Shown piece after piece: positions 1 through 8,283 of a stretch of DNA of 20,863 nucleotides. Made by a program: the position numbers and the translations under genes. Source of the stretch: Thermoanaerobaculia bacterium (GTDB lineage Bacteria > Acidobacteriota > Thermoanaerobaculia > Multivoradales > UBA5704); NCBI GenBank assembly GCA_044226625.1, contig JBGAGQ010000086.1, positions 1-20,863 of the forward strand, in the 5' to 3' direction. A model generated the notes under the pieces. That model saw only the letters and a list, made by a program, of their open reading frames with translations, was not told the DNA's origin and did no database searches. Each line of letters opens with the position of its first letter. Within the stretch, counting starts at the first letter, position 1.

Positions 1-20
1 GAAAGCGGCGGCCTGCCGGT

Positions 21-400
21 CGACGTCCCGATTCCCGGCCGAGCGTCCCGGCGTCGGCCGTGGGGGACGAGCCGACGGCGGGACGTCCCACGTTCGCCGC
101 GCTCGTCCCGTTTTCCGAACGAACGTCCCATTCGCCGAGCAGACGTCTCAATTCCCAGTCGTTCGGTCCCGTTCTCTGGAGCTACGTCCCATATTCTGGA
201 TTTCCGTCCCGTTCTCTGGAGTAACGTCCCGTTTCCTGGCTGTACGTCCCGTACTCCGATAATACGTCCCGTACTCTGGAAAATCGGCCCGAATTCTGGA
301 AGTTCGTCCCGTACTCTGGCTTAACGTCCCGTATTCTGGTTTCACGTCCCGTATCCTGGATATACGTCCCGTACTCTGGTTATACGTCCCGTATTCCGGA
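21..400. repeat. Degenerate tandem array with a 20-bp period. Twelve well-conserved units at 161-400 (consensus nnnACGTCCCGTAYTCTGGA) and about 7 decayed units at 21-160.
   Basis: The CGTCCC core recurs every 20 nt at 185, 205, 225 ... 385 (variants GGTCCC at 165, CGGCCC at 285). It also occurs at 24, 44, 84, 104, 124 and 144 (CGTCTC), with a 1-nt phase shift between 144 and 165. No indels within 161-400. Confidence 0.95.
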
Positions 401-426
401 CTAGACGATCCCAGCTCTTTGCGAGC

Positions 427-494
427 GGAGGGGGGGAGCTTGCCTCCCCCCCAAATCTGCTATCACCGCGGGCGGAGGCAAGCTCCGCCCCTAC
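427..494. repeat. Inverted pair of 25-nt palindromic REP-like elements (GTAG-type, REPIN-like doublet)
   Basis: 470-494 on the minus strand reads GTAGGGGCGGAGCTTGCCTCCGCCC. 427-451 on the plus strand reads GGAGGGGGGGAGCTTGCCTCCCCCC (22/25 identical). Each has an 8-bp stem with a CTTGC loop, and they are 18 nt apart. Confidence 0.75.
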
Positions 495-533
495 TTCACC
501 CGGCCGGCCTATTGGACGGGCGGGGCCTTCTCT

Positions 534-2945
534 CTACGGGCAGTCCGGAGAGCCGGTGAAGTGGAACACCGCCGAGGTAACGCCCGAATACACCGTGTAG
601 GCGTCGAACCAGTGGCAGGAGTTGGTCGGACTGCCGCTCGAGATGGTGTTCGACCAGGTGGTGTCCGCCGCGGGGGTCGCTTGATAGGCGACGGCGCTCC
701 AGGCGCCCCAGATCCCTTGCGTGCTGCGCTCGCGCCACCAGAGCTGGACGGTGCCGGTGCCGTTCGCGGCGTACCCGGCTGCGGTGAGCGTACCGGCGGG
801 GCCCCAGCTGGTCTCCGCCTTCTGGATCCAGGCGATGCTGGTGGTTGGCGACGGGTTGATGACCATCAGCGAGAAGGTATTGCTCCAGGCCGAGGTCCCC
901 AGCCCGTTGTACGAGCGAACGCGGAACTGGTACGGACCGAGCGGCGGATTCGCGGCGCTCGTGTACGACGCGACGTTCGCTCCCAGGTTCGAGAGATCGG
1001 AGAACGCGCTGCCGCTGACGGAGAACTGGAGGGTGAAGCCCTGCTCGTTCGCGCTGTTGTCGGTCCAGCTCAGGGTGAACCGATGGGTCGAGGCGTTGTA
1101 CGTACCCGAGAGGCCCGACGGCGCCGCGGGACCGGCGGAGGGGGTCGTCACCGTCGCGAGGTTCGAGAAGCCCGATCCGTCGGTGCCGTTCAAGGCGCGG
1201 ACCCGGTATTCGTAGGAGGTCGAAGCCTGCACCGAGTCGGTCACCTGCGTCGTGTTGGCGCCGACCGTCGCGACGGTTGCGAACGTGCCCGACGGGAGCG
1301 TCCGCCGATGGATCTCGAACTGCGTCTCGTTGTTGCTGTTGTCGGCCCAGATCAGGCGGACCGCGCTCGACGAGAGCGCCGTGGCGGTCAAGCCCGAGGG
1401 CGCGGTCGGCGTGTTCGACGTCACCGTGATCGTGCGGCTGTAGGGGATGCTCAGGTTGCGGCCGAAGGTGTCGCTGACGGCTGTCGCGACCAAGGTCTGG
1501 TTACCGGAGGAGCTGAACGTGCGGGAAAAGGTCGTCGAGCCGGTGGGCGGCGTGACCGTCGTGCCTCCGGTCCAGGTGCCCGGCGCCATGGTGAGGTTCA
1601 CCGCGTTCGCGTACTTGTAGCAGGGGCGCATCTTGACCGTATAGGTGGCGGTCGCACCTTCCGCGACCGAAGAGGGACCGAGGATCATCGGTTGCAGCGC
1701 CGTCGAGGCGCCGGGTCCGAGGAGATCGCGCCATCCCAGGTAGTAGTCGTGAGGCGAGGTGAAGCGCAGGCGGTCCGGAAGAGCCCAACCGCCCCAGCCG
1801 TAGGCGAGCTGATATCCCCAGGAGAGATCTCCGACCAGCGCGCGCACGGTCTCGTTGTTGCCGTCGCCGTCGGCGTCGCCGCAGGCGTTGCCGAGGTAGC
1901 CCCAGATCCCCGTTTTCGCGTAGGCCTTCAAGCCCCCTTCGACGAAGGCGAACTCGTCGTCATAGAGGGAGAGGCGCAACATCACCCGCGCGTGCGCCTG
2001 GGCGCCGAGGTCGACGGTGGCGCTCGCGGTCGGTCCGGTGAACTCGAACTGGTCGGTGAAGTCGTTCGTGCCGGTGCAGTCGTCCGGCGTGCAGGTATAG
2101 GTAAAGCTGCCGGTCGCCGAGGCGTCGAGCGACGCCGACACCTGGGCCGAGAACTGCGCGTCGAGCTTGGCCCCGACGTAGATCGGCAACGTGAAGACCA
2201 GGCGAATGGGGACCGGACCGATCGAGAAACTCACCTCGCCGAGCTTCGGGTCGTCGACCAACCACTCCTTCTCCCAGGTGTCGCCGGCGTTCGCGGTCAC
2301 CGACAGAGCGCCGCTCCCGCTGATCGAAGCGGTACCGCTCGCCGTGGCGCTCTCGAAGCGGAAGCCGATCGGGACGCCGAAGCACTTATGGATCTTGTAG
2401 GTCGCGGCGATCTGGAACTGGCCCGAGATCGGGAGGTCGATGTCCAGGCTGCCCGAGAAGATGCCCCCCGAGAAGGGATAGCTCTTGTCCAGCAGGTTCT
2501 TCGAGAACGGCCAGCTGCGATTGCGGGTCTCCGTCTTCCAGCTGCAGCCGAGCGACTTTTCGTTGAGCGGTTCGTCGGCATACTGCTCGTAGCCCGCGGG
2601 GAACGTGGGCTGCTCCAGGGCCTGGAGCATTTCTTGAGAGAAATAGATCAGGTTCGAGTCGCTGGCGGTCGGCGGCAGTTCCGAGAAAGCCTCCAGGAGG
2701 AGGTCCTTCTGCGCCTGGGATACGGGAAGGTTCGCCACGCCGGCCGGGCTCACTTCCCAGAGGAGCGTGTTCGATCCCCCGCGCGAGGTCGGATCGGCAT
2801 CGATGAGGCGCCAACCGGTCCCCGTGGAGATCGTCTCCGTCGTACTGGTCGAAAGGGCCTCGGCGTCGAGCCGGCCCGCTCCCAAGAGTCCGGCGGCTAG
2901 GATCAACAGCCGGAGCGAAGCTCGTAGATGTCGCGGAGAATTCAT
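534..2945 (-). CDS. Secreted multidomain protein (803 aa): signal peptide, large beta-rich N-terminal region of unknown family, Ig/PKD-like domain, two fibronectin type III domains, Trp-rich C-terminal domain
   Basis: ATG at 2945 preceded by AAGGA. N-terminus MNSPRHLRASLRLLILAAGLLGAGRLDA resembles a Sec signal. Two FN3 repeats: PTAPSGLTATALSSSAVRLIWADNSNNE...YEYRVRALN and PAAPSGLSG...LSWTDNSANE...YQFRVRSYN. The track's extension to 3293 overlaps the yyaL-like gene and is not credible. Confidence 0.85.
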   Translation of the reverse strand: MNSPRHLRASLRLLILAAGLLGAGRLDAEALSTSTTETISTGTGWRLIDADPTSRGGSNTLLWEVSPAGVANLPVSQAQKDLLLEAFSELPPTASDSNLIYFSQEMLQALEQPTFPAGYEQYADEPLNEKSLGCSWKTETRNRSWPFSKNLLDKSYPFSGGIFSGSLDIDLPISGQFQIAATYKIHKCFGVPIGFRFESATASGTASISGSGALSVTANAGDTWEKEWLVDDPKLGEVSFSIGPVPIRLVFTLPIYVGAKLDAQFSAQVSASLDASATGSFTYTCTPDDCTGTNDFTDQFEFTGPTASATVDLGAQAHARVMLRLSLYDDEFAFVEGGLKAYAKTGIWGYLGNACGDADGDGNNETVRALVGDLSWGYQLAYGWGGWALPDRLRFTSPHDYYLGWRDLLGPGASTALQPMILGPSSVAEGATATYTVKMRPCYKYANAVNLTMAPGTWTGGTTVTPPTGSTTFSRTFSSSGNQTLVATAVSDTFGRNLSIPYSRTITVTSNTPTAPSGLTATALSSSAVRLIWADNSNNETQFEIHRRTLPSGTFATVATVGANTTQVTDSVQASTSYEYRVRALNGTDGSGFSNLATVTTPSAGPAAPSGLSGTYNASTHRFTLSWTDNSANEQGFTLQFSVSGSAFSDLSNLGANVASYTSAANPPLGPYQFRVRSYNGLGTSAWSNTFSLMVINPSPTTSIAWIQKAETSWGPAGTLTAAGYAANGTGTVQLWWRERSTQGIWGAWSAVAYQATPAADTTWSNTISSGSPTNSCHWFDAYTVYSGVTSAVFHFTGSPDCP

Positions 2946-3071
2946 GGAACATTCCTTTCGTTGGCGAGGGGGAATTCGCCACCGTCGGTCGCCGGGCCCG
3001 CCGACGGGACCGACCGACCGCCGGAGGCCCTCCCTCGTTCGGAACGGCGCAGACGAAAGGAAAACCGCATC

Positions 3072-3104
3072 ACCCCGATGCCGACGAATGCGCGGCACCG
3101 GGGT
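3072..3104 (-). terminator. Probable intrinsic terminator hairpin downstream of the YyaL-like gene
   Basis: Minus strand ACCCCGGTGCCG-N9-CGGCATCGGGGT (12-bp stem with one G-U pair) followed by GATGCGGTTTTCCTTTC, about 30 nt after the TAG at 3133. Confidence 0.5.
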
Positions 3105-3132
3105 CGCTGCTCTAGAGCTTAAAAAGGAGCTC

Positions 3133-5367
3133 CTACGAGATGACGGCCTGGCGCGTGATCGGCGGCAGACAGCGCTTCTCGTCGCAGGCCTGGTACGAAA
3201 GCAGAAGGCGCGCGGACTCGGATTCCTGGAGTAGCTCGCCGACGATCTCGACCGTACCCTCGTAGATCGCAATCGGCTCCTCGCCATAGGCAAGCTCGGC
3301 GAGGCGTCCCTCCGGATAGACCACCTCCTGAAGTCGAGCCCCTTCCGCCTCGATTTGGGTCGCGACCAAGAACTCCGCGCTCGCCGGGTTCGCGTTCAGA
3401 TGCCAGCCCGATTCGATCGACAGGATGAGCGCGAACTTTCGCCAACCGTCGAGGCGAGGCTCCGAAATCTCGAACCGCGGCTCGACCAGACGCTCCGCCT
3501 GGATCGCGAGATCTTCGAACGAGGGTCCCACCGGCTCGTCCCCCGGCGCCTCGGCCGAAATGCGCCAATAGCGACGGGCGGCGACCGCCGTCGATTTGAC
3601 CCCTTCCGGATGTTGGGAAACCTGCGGCGCCACGCTCGCGAGCGCCTTGCGCGCCGCTTCCAGGTGGCCGCGGTCGCCCGTCGCCTCGAACAGGCGGAGA
3701 AGGTTGTCGATCGCCACGGCGTTCGCGGCGGGTAGAGCGCCGTCGAAAACGTCCTTCGCCCGGAACAGCACGTCGTCGCTTTCGCCCGCGGTGTAGAAGC
3801 CGCCCGCCGGATCGCCCAGGCGCGTGGTCTGCTCCGCCGTCAGCTCGAGCGCGGAGTCGAGCCAGCGCGGCTCCCCGGTCGCGGAGTGGAGGGCGAGCAG
3901 TCCATGAATCAGGAACGCGTAGTCGGAAGAGAACGCCGGGATCTTCGCGGCACCGTCCCGCCAGACGTGCAACAGCATGCCGTTCGGGCGCAGGTTCTCG
4001 AGCACGAAATCCGCGGCGCGCGCGGCGGCGGCGATCATCCCCGCCTCGCCGAGCGCTTTGCCAGCCGCGGCGAGACCGGCGATGGCCGTGCCGTTCCAGT
4101 CGGTGAGGATCTTGTCGTCGGTCGCCGGTCGCTTCCGCTGGGCCCGGGCGGCGAACAGCTTCTCGCGCGCCGGGCCGACCTCTCCGAGCAGCTCGGCCAT
4201 CGGCATCCGACGACGCGTCACGACCTCTTCGAACGGCAGCGGCTGATGGAGCACGTAATGGGTCCCCTCGAAGAACGGCGGCCGGTCGAAGCCATAGAGA
4301 GGCGCCAGGAACGCCGTGTCCTCGCGCCCGAGGACGCCCTCCAGCTCCTCGCGGGTCCAGACGTAGAAGGCCCCTTCGTGACCGTCCGTCTCGGCGTCGA
4401 TGGCGGCGAAGAAGGCCCCTTCGGGCGACGTCATCTCGCGGGCGAGGAACGCCGCCGTCTCGCGCACCACGCGCGCGGCCTGGGCCTCCCCCGTGCGGGC
4501 GTGCTCCCGGGCGTAGAGCTCCAGGAGCAGGCCGTTGTCGTAGAGCATCTTTTCGAAGTGAGGGATCTTCCATTCGCGATCGGTCGCGTAGCGATGGAAG
4601 CCGCCGCCGATCGCGTCGTAGATGCCGCCGCGCGCCATCTGGTCGAGCGTCGCGCGAAGCATCTCCCCGGCGGCTGGGATCTCGGCCGCGACCTCCTCGA
4701 GCAGGTGGAGATTCGAAGGGCTCGGAAACTTCGGCGCGCCACCGAAGCCCCCCCACGCGGCGTCGAAACGGCGGCCGAGCGATTCAGCGGCCCGCAACGC
4801 GGCCACCGGCCCCGGCGGCGCCGTCGCCGGCACGGTTCGCTGCTCGAGATAGCGGCGCATCGCCCGTTCGAGCTCCTCGCCCTGCGCGAGCACGTCGGCC
4901 CGCCGCGTCGCCCACGCCTCGGCGAGTTGCGCGAGCACGGCGCGGAAGCTCGGCCGTCCCTGCGAGTCGACGGGCGGAAAGTAGGTCCCGGCGTAATAGG
5001 GCAGAAGATCGGGGGTGAGGAAGACCGAGTTCGGCCAGCCCCCTTGCCCGGACAAGATCTGGGTGGCGGTCATGTAGATCTCGTCGAGCTCCGGCCGCTC
5101 CTCGCGGTCGAGCTTGACGTTGACGAACTTCTCGTTCATGAGCGCCGCCGTCTTCGGATCGGAGAACGACTCGCGCTCCATCACGTGGCACCAGTAACAG
5201 GTCGAGTAGCCCACCGACAGGAAGATCGGCTTCTGCTCGGCTTTCGCCCGGGCGATCGCCTCGGGCCCCCAGGGATACCAATCGACCGGATTGTGCGCGT
5301 GGAGCCGCAGGTAGGGGCTCGACTCGTGGGCCAGGCGATTGGTGGTAGGCACGGCGGATTCGCTCAT
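3133..5367 (-). CDS. YyaL/DUF255 (SPATA20-like) thioredoxin-domain protein with a C-terminal DsbD N-terminal-like domain (744 aa)
   Basis: Family motifs [67 protein letters not shown] and [10 protein letters not shown]. The C-terminal ~120 aa contain GWHLNANP and [12 protein letters not shown], typical of the DsbD alpha domain. Start set at ATG 5367, preceded by AAGGGG. Confidence 0.9.
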   Translation of the reverse strand: MSESAVPTTNRLAHESSPYLRLHAHNPVDWYPWGPEAIARAKAEQKPIFLSVGYSTCYWCHVMERESFSDPKTAALMNEKFVNVKLDREERPELDEIYMTATQILSGQGGWPNSVFLTPDLLPYYAGTYFPPVDSQGRPSFRAVLAQLAEAWATRRADVLAQGEELERAMRRYLEQRTVPATAPPGPVAALRAAESLGRRFDAAWGGFGGAPKFPSPSNLHLLEEVAAEIPAAGEMLRATLDQMARGGIYDAIGGGFHRYATDREWKIPHFEKMLYDNGLLLELYAREHARTGEAQAARVVRETAAFLAREMTSPEGAFFAAIDAETDGHEGAFYVWTREELEGVLGREDTAFLAPLYGFDRPPFFEGTHYVLHQPLPFEEVVTRRRMPMAELLGEVGPAREKLFAARAQRKRPATDDKILTDWNGTAIAGLAAAGKALGEAGMIAAAARAADFVLENLRPNGMLLHVWRDGAAKIPAFSSDYAFLIHGLLALHSATGEPRWLDSALELTAEQTTRLGDPAGGFYTAGESDDVLFRAKDVFDGALPAANAVAIDNLLRLFEATGDRGHLEAARKALASVAPQVSQHPEGVKSTAVAARRYWRISAEAPGDEPVGPSFEDLAIQAERLVEPRFEISEPRLDGWRKFALILSIESGWHLNANPASAEFLVATQIEAEGARLQEVVYPEGRLAELAYGEEPIAIYEGTVEIVGELLQESESARLLLSYQACDEKRCLPPITRQAVIS

Positions 5368-5456
5368 AGGGGTCCCCTTCCCGAGAAGAGGGGGCATTCT
5401 AGGTGAGAGTGAGGAAGGGAAGGTCCGAGGGAAGGAAACGCGGGCCTACCAAGGAG

Positions 5457-5486
5457 CCGTCGAGGGGGATCGCCCCCCCTCGACGG
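5457..5486. terminator. GC-rich hairpin just after the permease stop codon (terminator or 3'-stabilising stem)
   Basis: CCGTCGAGGGGG-ATCGCC-CCCCCTCGACGG is a perfect 12-bp stem 7 nt downstream of the stop at 5494. There is no clear U-tract. Confidence 0.45.
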
Positions 5487-5493
5487 TATCTCC

Positions 5494-7926
5494 CTATTCC
5501 GCGCGCAAGACCGTTACGGGCGGGGTGCGGGTTGCGCGATACGCGGGGACGAACGTCGCGATGAGCCCGGCCCCGATCAGCAACGCGGCGGCGATCGCGA
5601 GGGCTCCGGGATCGAGGACCTTGCCGCCGTAAAGAAGGCTCGACAGGTTGTCGGCCGCGAGGCGCGCGAACAGCACCGAGAGCCCGAGCCCCCCGACCAG
5701 GCCGAGGCCGACGAGGATCGCCGCCCGCTGGCCGACGAGGGCGACGATCCCGCTCCGGCTCTCGCCGAGCGCCATGCGGATGCCGAGCTCTCGGCGCCGG
5801 GTGGCGACCGAAAAGGCGAGCAAGCCGTAGACGCCGATGACGGTCAGAAGGAGCGAAGCCCCGCCGAAGAAACGCGACAACGTCGAAGCGAGCCGCGAGC
5901 GGACGAGCGAGTTGGCGACCCGCTGCTGCATCGTCTCGATGTCGTCCACCGGGATGCCGGGGTCGAGCTCGTGCACCGCCTGGCGCAGCGCGTTCGACAG
6001 CCCGGCCGGATCGGAGCTCGACCGGACCACGACGAAGGCGAGGGCCGACTGGGCCGCGGCAAACGGCAGGTAGAAGGTCGGTTCGGGCTCCTCGGCCAGG
6101 CTGAAATGGCGGACCGGCCCGACGACGCCGATCACCTCGAGCGCTGCTTTCGGCCCGAGGGAATCGTCGTAGAAGCTCTTCCCCAGCGGGTTTTCCGAGC
6201 CCCAGAGGGCGCGGGCAAGCTTCTCGTCGACCAACGCGACCCGCGCGTTCGGATTCTCTTCGGCCGGCGCGAACAGCCTTCCCTGGACGAGCGGAATGCC
6301 GAGCGCGGCGAAGTATCCGCTCGACGCGCCGCGCACTCCGACTCGCAACGGCGGCGCTCCCGAGTCTCCCCCTTCGGCGCGGACCCCGGAGACGACGTTG
6401 TCGCCGACCAAGGGCAGCTGCGTCACGAGCCCCGCGTCGGTCGCGCCCGGCAGGCCGCGCAGCCGCTCTTCGAGGGCGCCGAACCAGCTCGCCATCCGGG
6501 CCGGCTCGCCGGCGATCCGCTTCGGCACGATCAGCGGCACCGTGAGCGCGCCTTCCGCGCGGAAGCCGGGATCGACCCGGTCGAGCCGAGCGAGGCTGCG
6601 ATCGAGCAGCATCGCCGCCGCGAGAACCGCCAGGGCGAGCCCCACCTGGACGATGACCAGCGCCGCACGCAACGGCTGCTTCTCGCCGCCACCGCTCCCT
6701 TTGCTCCCCTCCTTCAGGCGCTCCACGACGTCCACCCGGAAGGCCCGGAAGGCGGGAGCGAGTCCGAACAGCAGCCCGGTGACGACCGCCGCGAGGAAGC
6801 CGAATCCGAGCGCGCGGCCCGAGAACTCGACCCGCGAGATCACCGGGAAGACCTGTTCCGGAATCGTCGCGAGCAACGCCTTGAGCGCCCAGAAGGCGAA
6901 CACCACGCCGACCGCTCCGCCGAGAAGGGAAAGGAGCAGGCTTTCGACCAATAGCTGCCGGACGATCACGCCACGCCCCGCGCCCAGGGCGGCCCGCAGG
7001 GCCACCTCGCGCTCGCGGGCGAGCGCCCGGGCGAGCAGGAGGCTCGCGACGTTCGCGCAGGCGATCAAAAGCACCAGGGAAGCCGCGACGGAGACGAACA
7101 GGATCATCGGCCGAAAACGCCCGATCACCTCGCCCCGGATCGGCTCGGCATGAAGGCCGAAACCGCCGTCCGGGGGATAGTCCCCGGGGTGCTCGCGCAC
7201 GAATCGGTCCGCGATCACCGCCAGCTCGCTCTCCAGGCCCTCGAACGACGCGCCCGGCGCCAAGCGGGAGATCGTGACGAGACCCCGGGCGTTCCGCGGC
7301 GGCAATGCCGAGAGATTCATCGCGATCGGGATCCAGAGGTCCTGGTTGGGCGCCAAAGCGCGAAAGCTCTTCGGCATCACCCCCACGACCTCGTACGGTT
7401 TCTCGTCGAGCAGGATCTTACGGCCCAGGACTTTCGGGTCCCCCTCGAACCGGCGCTGCCAGAGGGCGTAGGAAAGGACCGCCACCTGGTTCTGGCCGAA
7501 GACGTCCTCCGACTGCGAGAAAGTCCGGCCGATCTCCGGCGGAACTTGAAACAGGTCGAACAGGTTGGCCGAGACGCGACCGCAGCTGATCCGGGTCGGC
7601 TCGCCGTCGCCGGTCAGGTTGATCATCAGCGGCACGACCGCCGCGCTCTTGCCCAGAGTCTTCGATTGCGCCACGAGGTCGAGGTATTCGTACCCCGAGA
7701 TCGGCGAGCGGTCGATCCCATCGCGAAGGAATTGACCGTAGACGACCACCACCCGATCGGCTTCCGGATAGGGCGCGGCGCGCAAGATCAGGGTATCGGC
7801 AAAGCTGAAGATCGCCGTCGCCGCGCCGACGCCGAGCGCCAGGCAGAGGGCCGCGACGACGGTAAAGGCCGGCGAGCGGGCGAGACCGCGAGCGGCCAGA
7901 CGGATGTCACGAAGCAGAGATTCCAT
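5494..7926 (-). CDS. ABC transporter permease with duplicated MacB/FtsX domains (ADOP-type, 810 aa)
   Basis: N-terminus MESLLRDIRLAARGLARSPAFTVVAALCLALGVGAATAIFS, then LLIACANVASLLLAR...REREVALRAALGAG and a second repeat GVYGLLAFSVATRRRELGIRMALG, ending PAYRATRTPPVTVLRAE. Start trimmed to ATG 7926 from the family's typical N-terminus. Confidence 0.92.
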   Translation of the reverse strand: MESLLRDIRLAARGLARSPAFTVVAALCLALGVGAATAIFSFADTLILRAAPYPEADRVVVVYGQFLRDGIDRSPISGYEYLDLVAQSKTLGKSAAVVPLMINLTGDGEPTRISCGRVSANLFDLFQVPPEIGRTFSQSEDVFGQNQVAVLSYALWQRRFEGDPKVLGRKILLDEKPYEVVGVMPKSFRALAPNQDLWIPIAMNLSALPPRNARGLVTISRLAPGASFEGLESELAVIADRFVREHPGDYPPDGGFGLHAEPIRGEVIGRFRPMILFVSVAASLVLLIACANVASLLLARALAREREVALRAALGAGRGVIVRQLLVESLLLSLLGGAVGVVFAFWALKALLATIPEQVFPVISRVEFSGRALGFGFLAAVVTGLLFGLAPAFRAFRVDVVERLKEGSKGSGGGEKQPLRAALVIVQVGLALAVLAAAMLLDRSLARLDRVDPGFRAEGALTVPLIVPKRIAGEPARMASWFGALEERLRGLPGATDAGLVTQLPLVGDNVVSGVRAEGGDSGAPPLRVGVRGASSGYFAALGIPLVQGRLFAPAEENPNARVALVDEKLARALWGSENPLGKSFYDDSLGPKAALEVIGVVGPVRHFSLAEEPEPTFYLPFAAAQSALAFVVVRSSSDPAGLSNALRQAVHELDPGIPVDDIETMQQRVANSLVRSRLASTLSRFFGGASLLLTVIGVYGLLAFSVATRRRELGIRMALGESRSGIVALVGQRAAILVGLGLVGGLGLSVLFARLAADNLSSLLYGGKVLDPGALAIAAALLIGAGLIATFVPAYRATRTPPVTVLRAE

Positions 7927-8283
7927 AGGGTCGAGGCTCCGGGCGAAGGCCCAAACTCGAGAAGTCACAGCACTGGATGACCCGGGGAGATCGTTCCCAA
8001 TCGACGGGGGGAACGGCCGAGACGGTTGGTCGGGAGGAACCGCAACGCGCTTCCTGACGATAAGTGTCGCCCGGACCTGACAACGGGACCGGTCGGCCTT
8101 CGATGCCAAGCCGAGGAGATTCGCCATCTCACCCGGGCGTCGGACCGTCGCGGACGGTCGTGTCGGGCCCTGTGACGGGTTCGATCCCGGTCGATGATAA
8201 GCTTCTCGCCAGAGCGAATCAGAATGGTCGCCGCCGGAGTCTTCCGGCACCTAATCTGGACTCTTCGGTCGCCCGGAGGAGAC

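Noticed and set aside
148-345. 65-aa ORF with PEYGT-like repeats
   Set aside because: By-product of the 20-bp array, whose frame recurs every 60 nt. No RBS, and the period is not a multiple of 3.
161-400. CRISPR array or TIGR-type array
   Set aside because: The unit is only 20 nt with about 3-4 variable bases in a row. There are no unique spacers of guide length and no cas or tas gene in the window.
561-2900. 779-aa plus-strand ORF and the other long antisense or alternate-frame ORFs (e.g. 3886-5406, 10298-12127, 10620-13028, 16229-17563)
   Set aside because: Arg/Gly/Pro-rich shadow ORFs overlapping well-supported genes, as expected from high GC3 codon bias. No recognisable motifs.
2946-3293. 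N-terminal extensions given in the ORF track (also 7927-8250, 17234-17752, 18409-18645)
   Set aside because: They overlap neighbouring genes, promoters or the tRNA. Downstream starts fit RBS positions, signal peptides or family N-termini better.
7927-8194. Riboswitch or sRNA in the divergent intergenic region
   Set aside because: No recognisable conserved aptamer motif. An Rfam scan would be needed.
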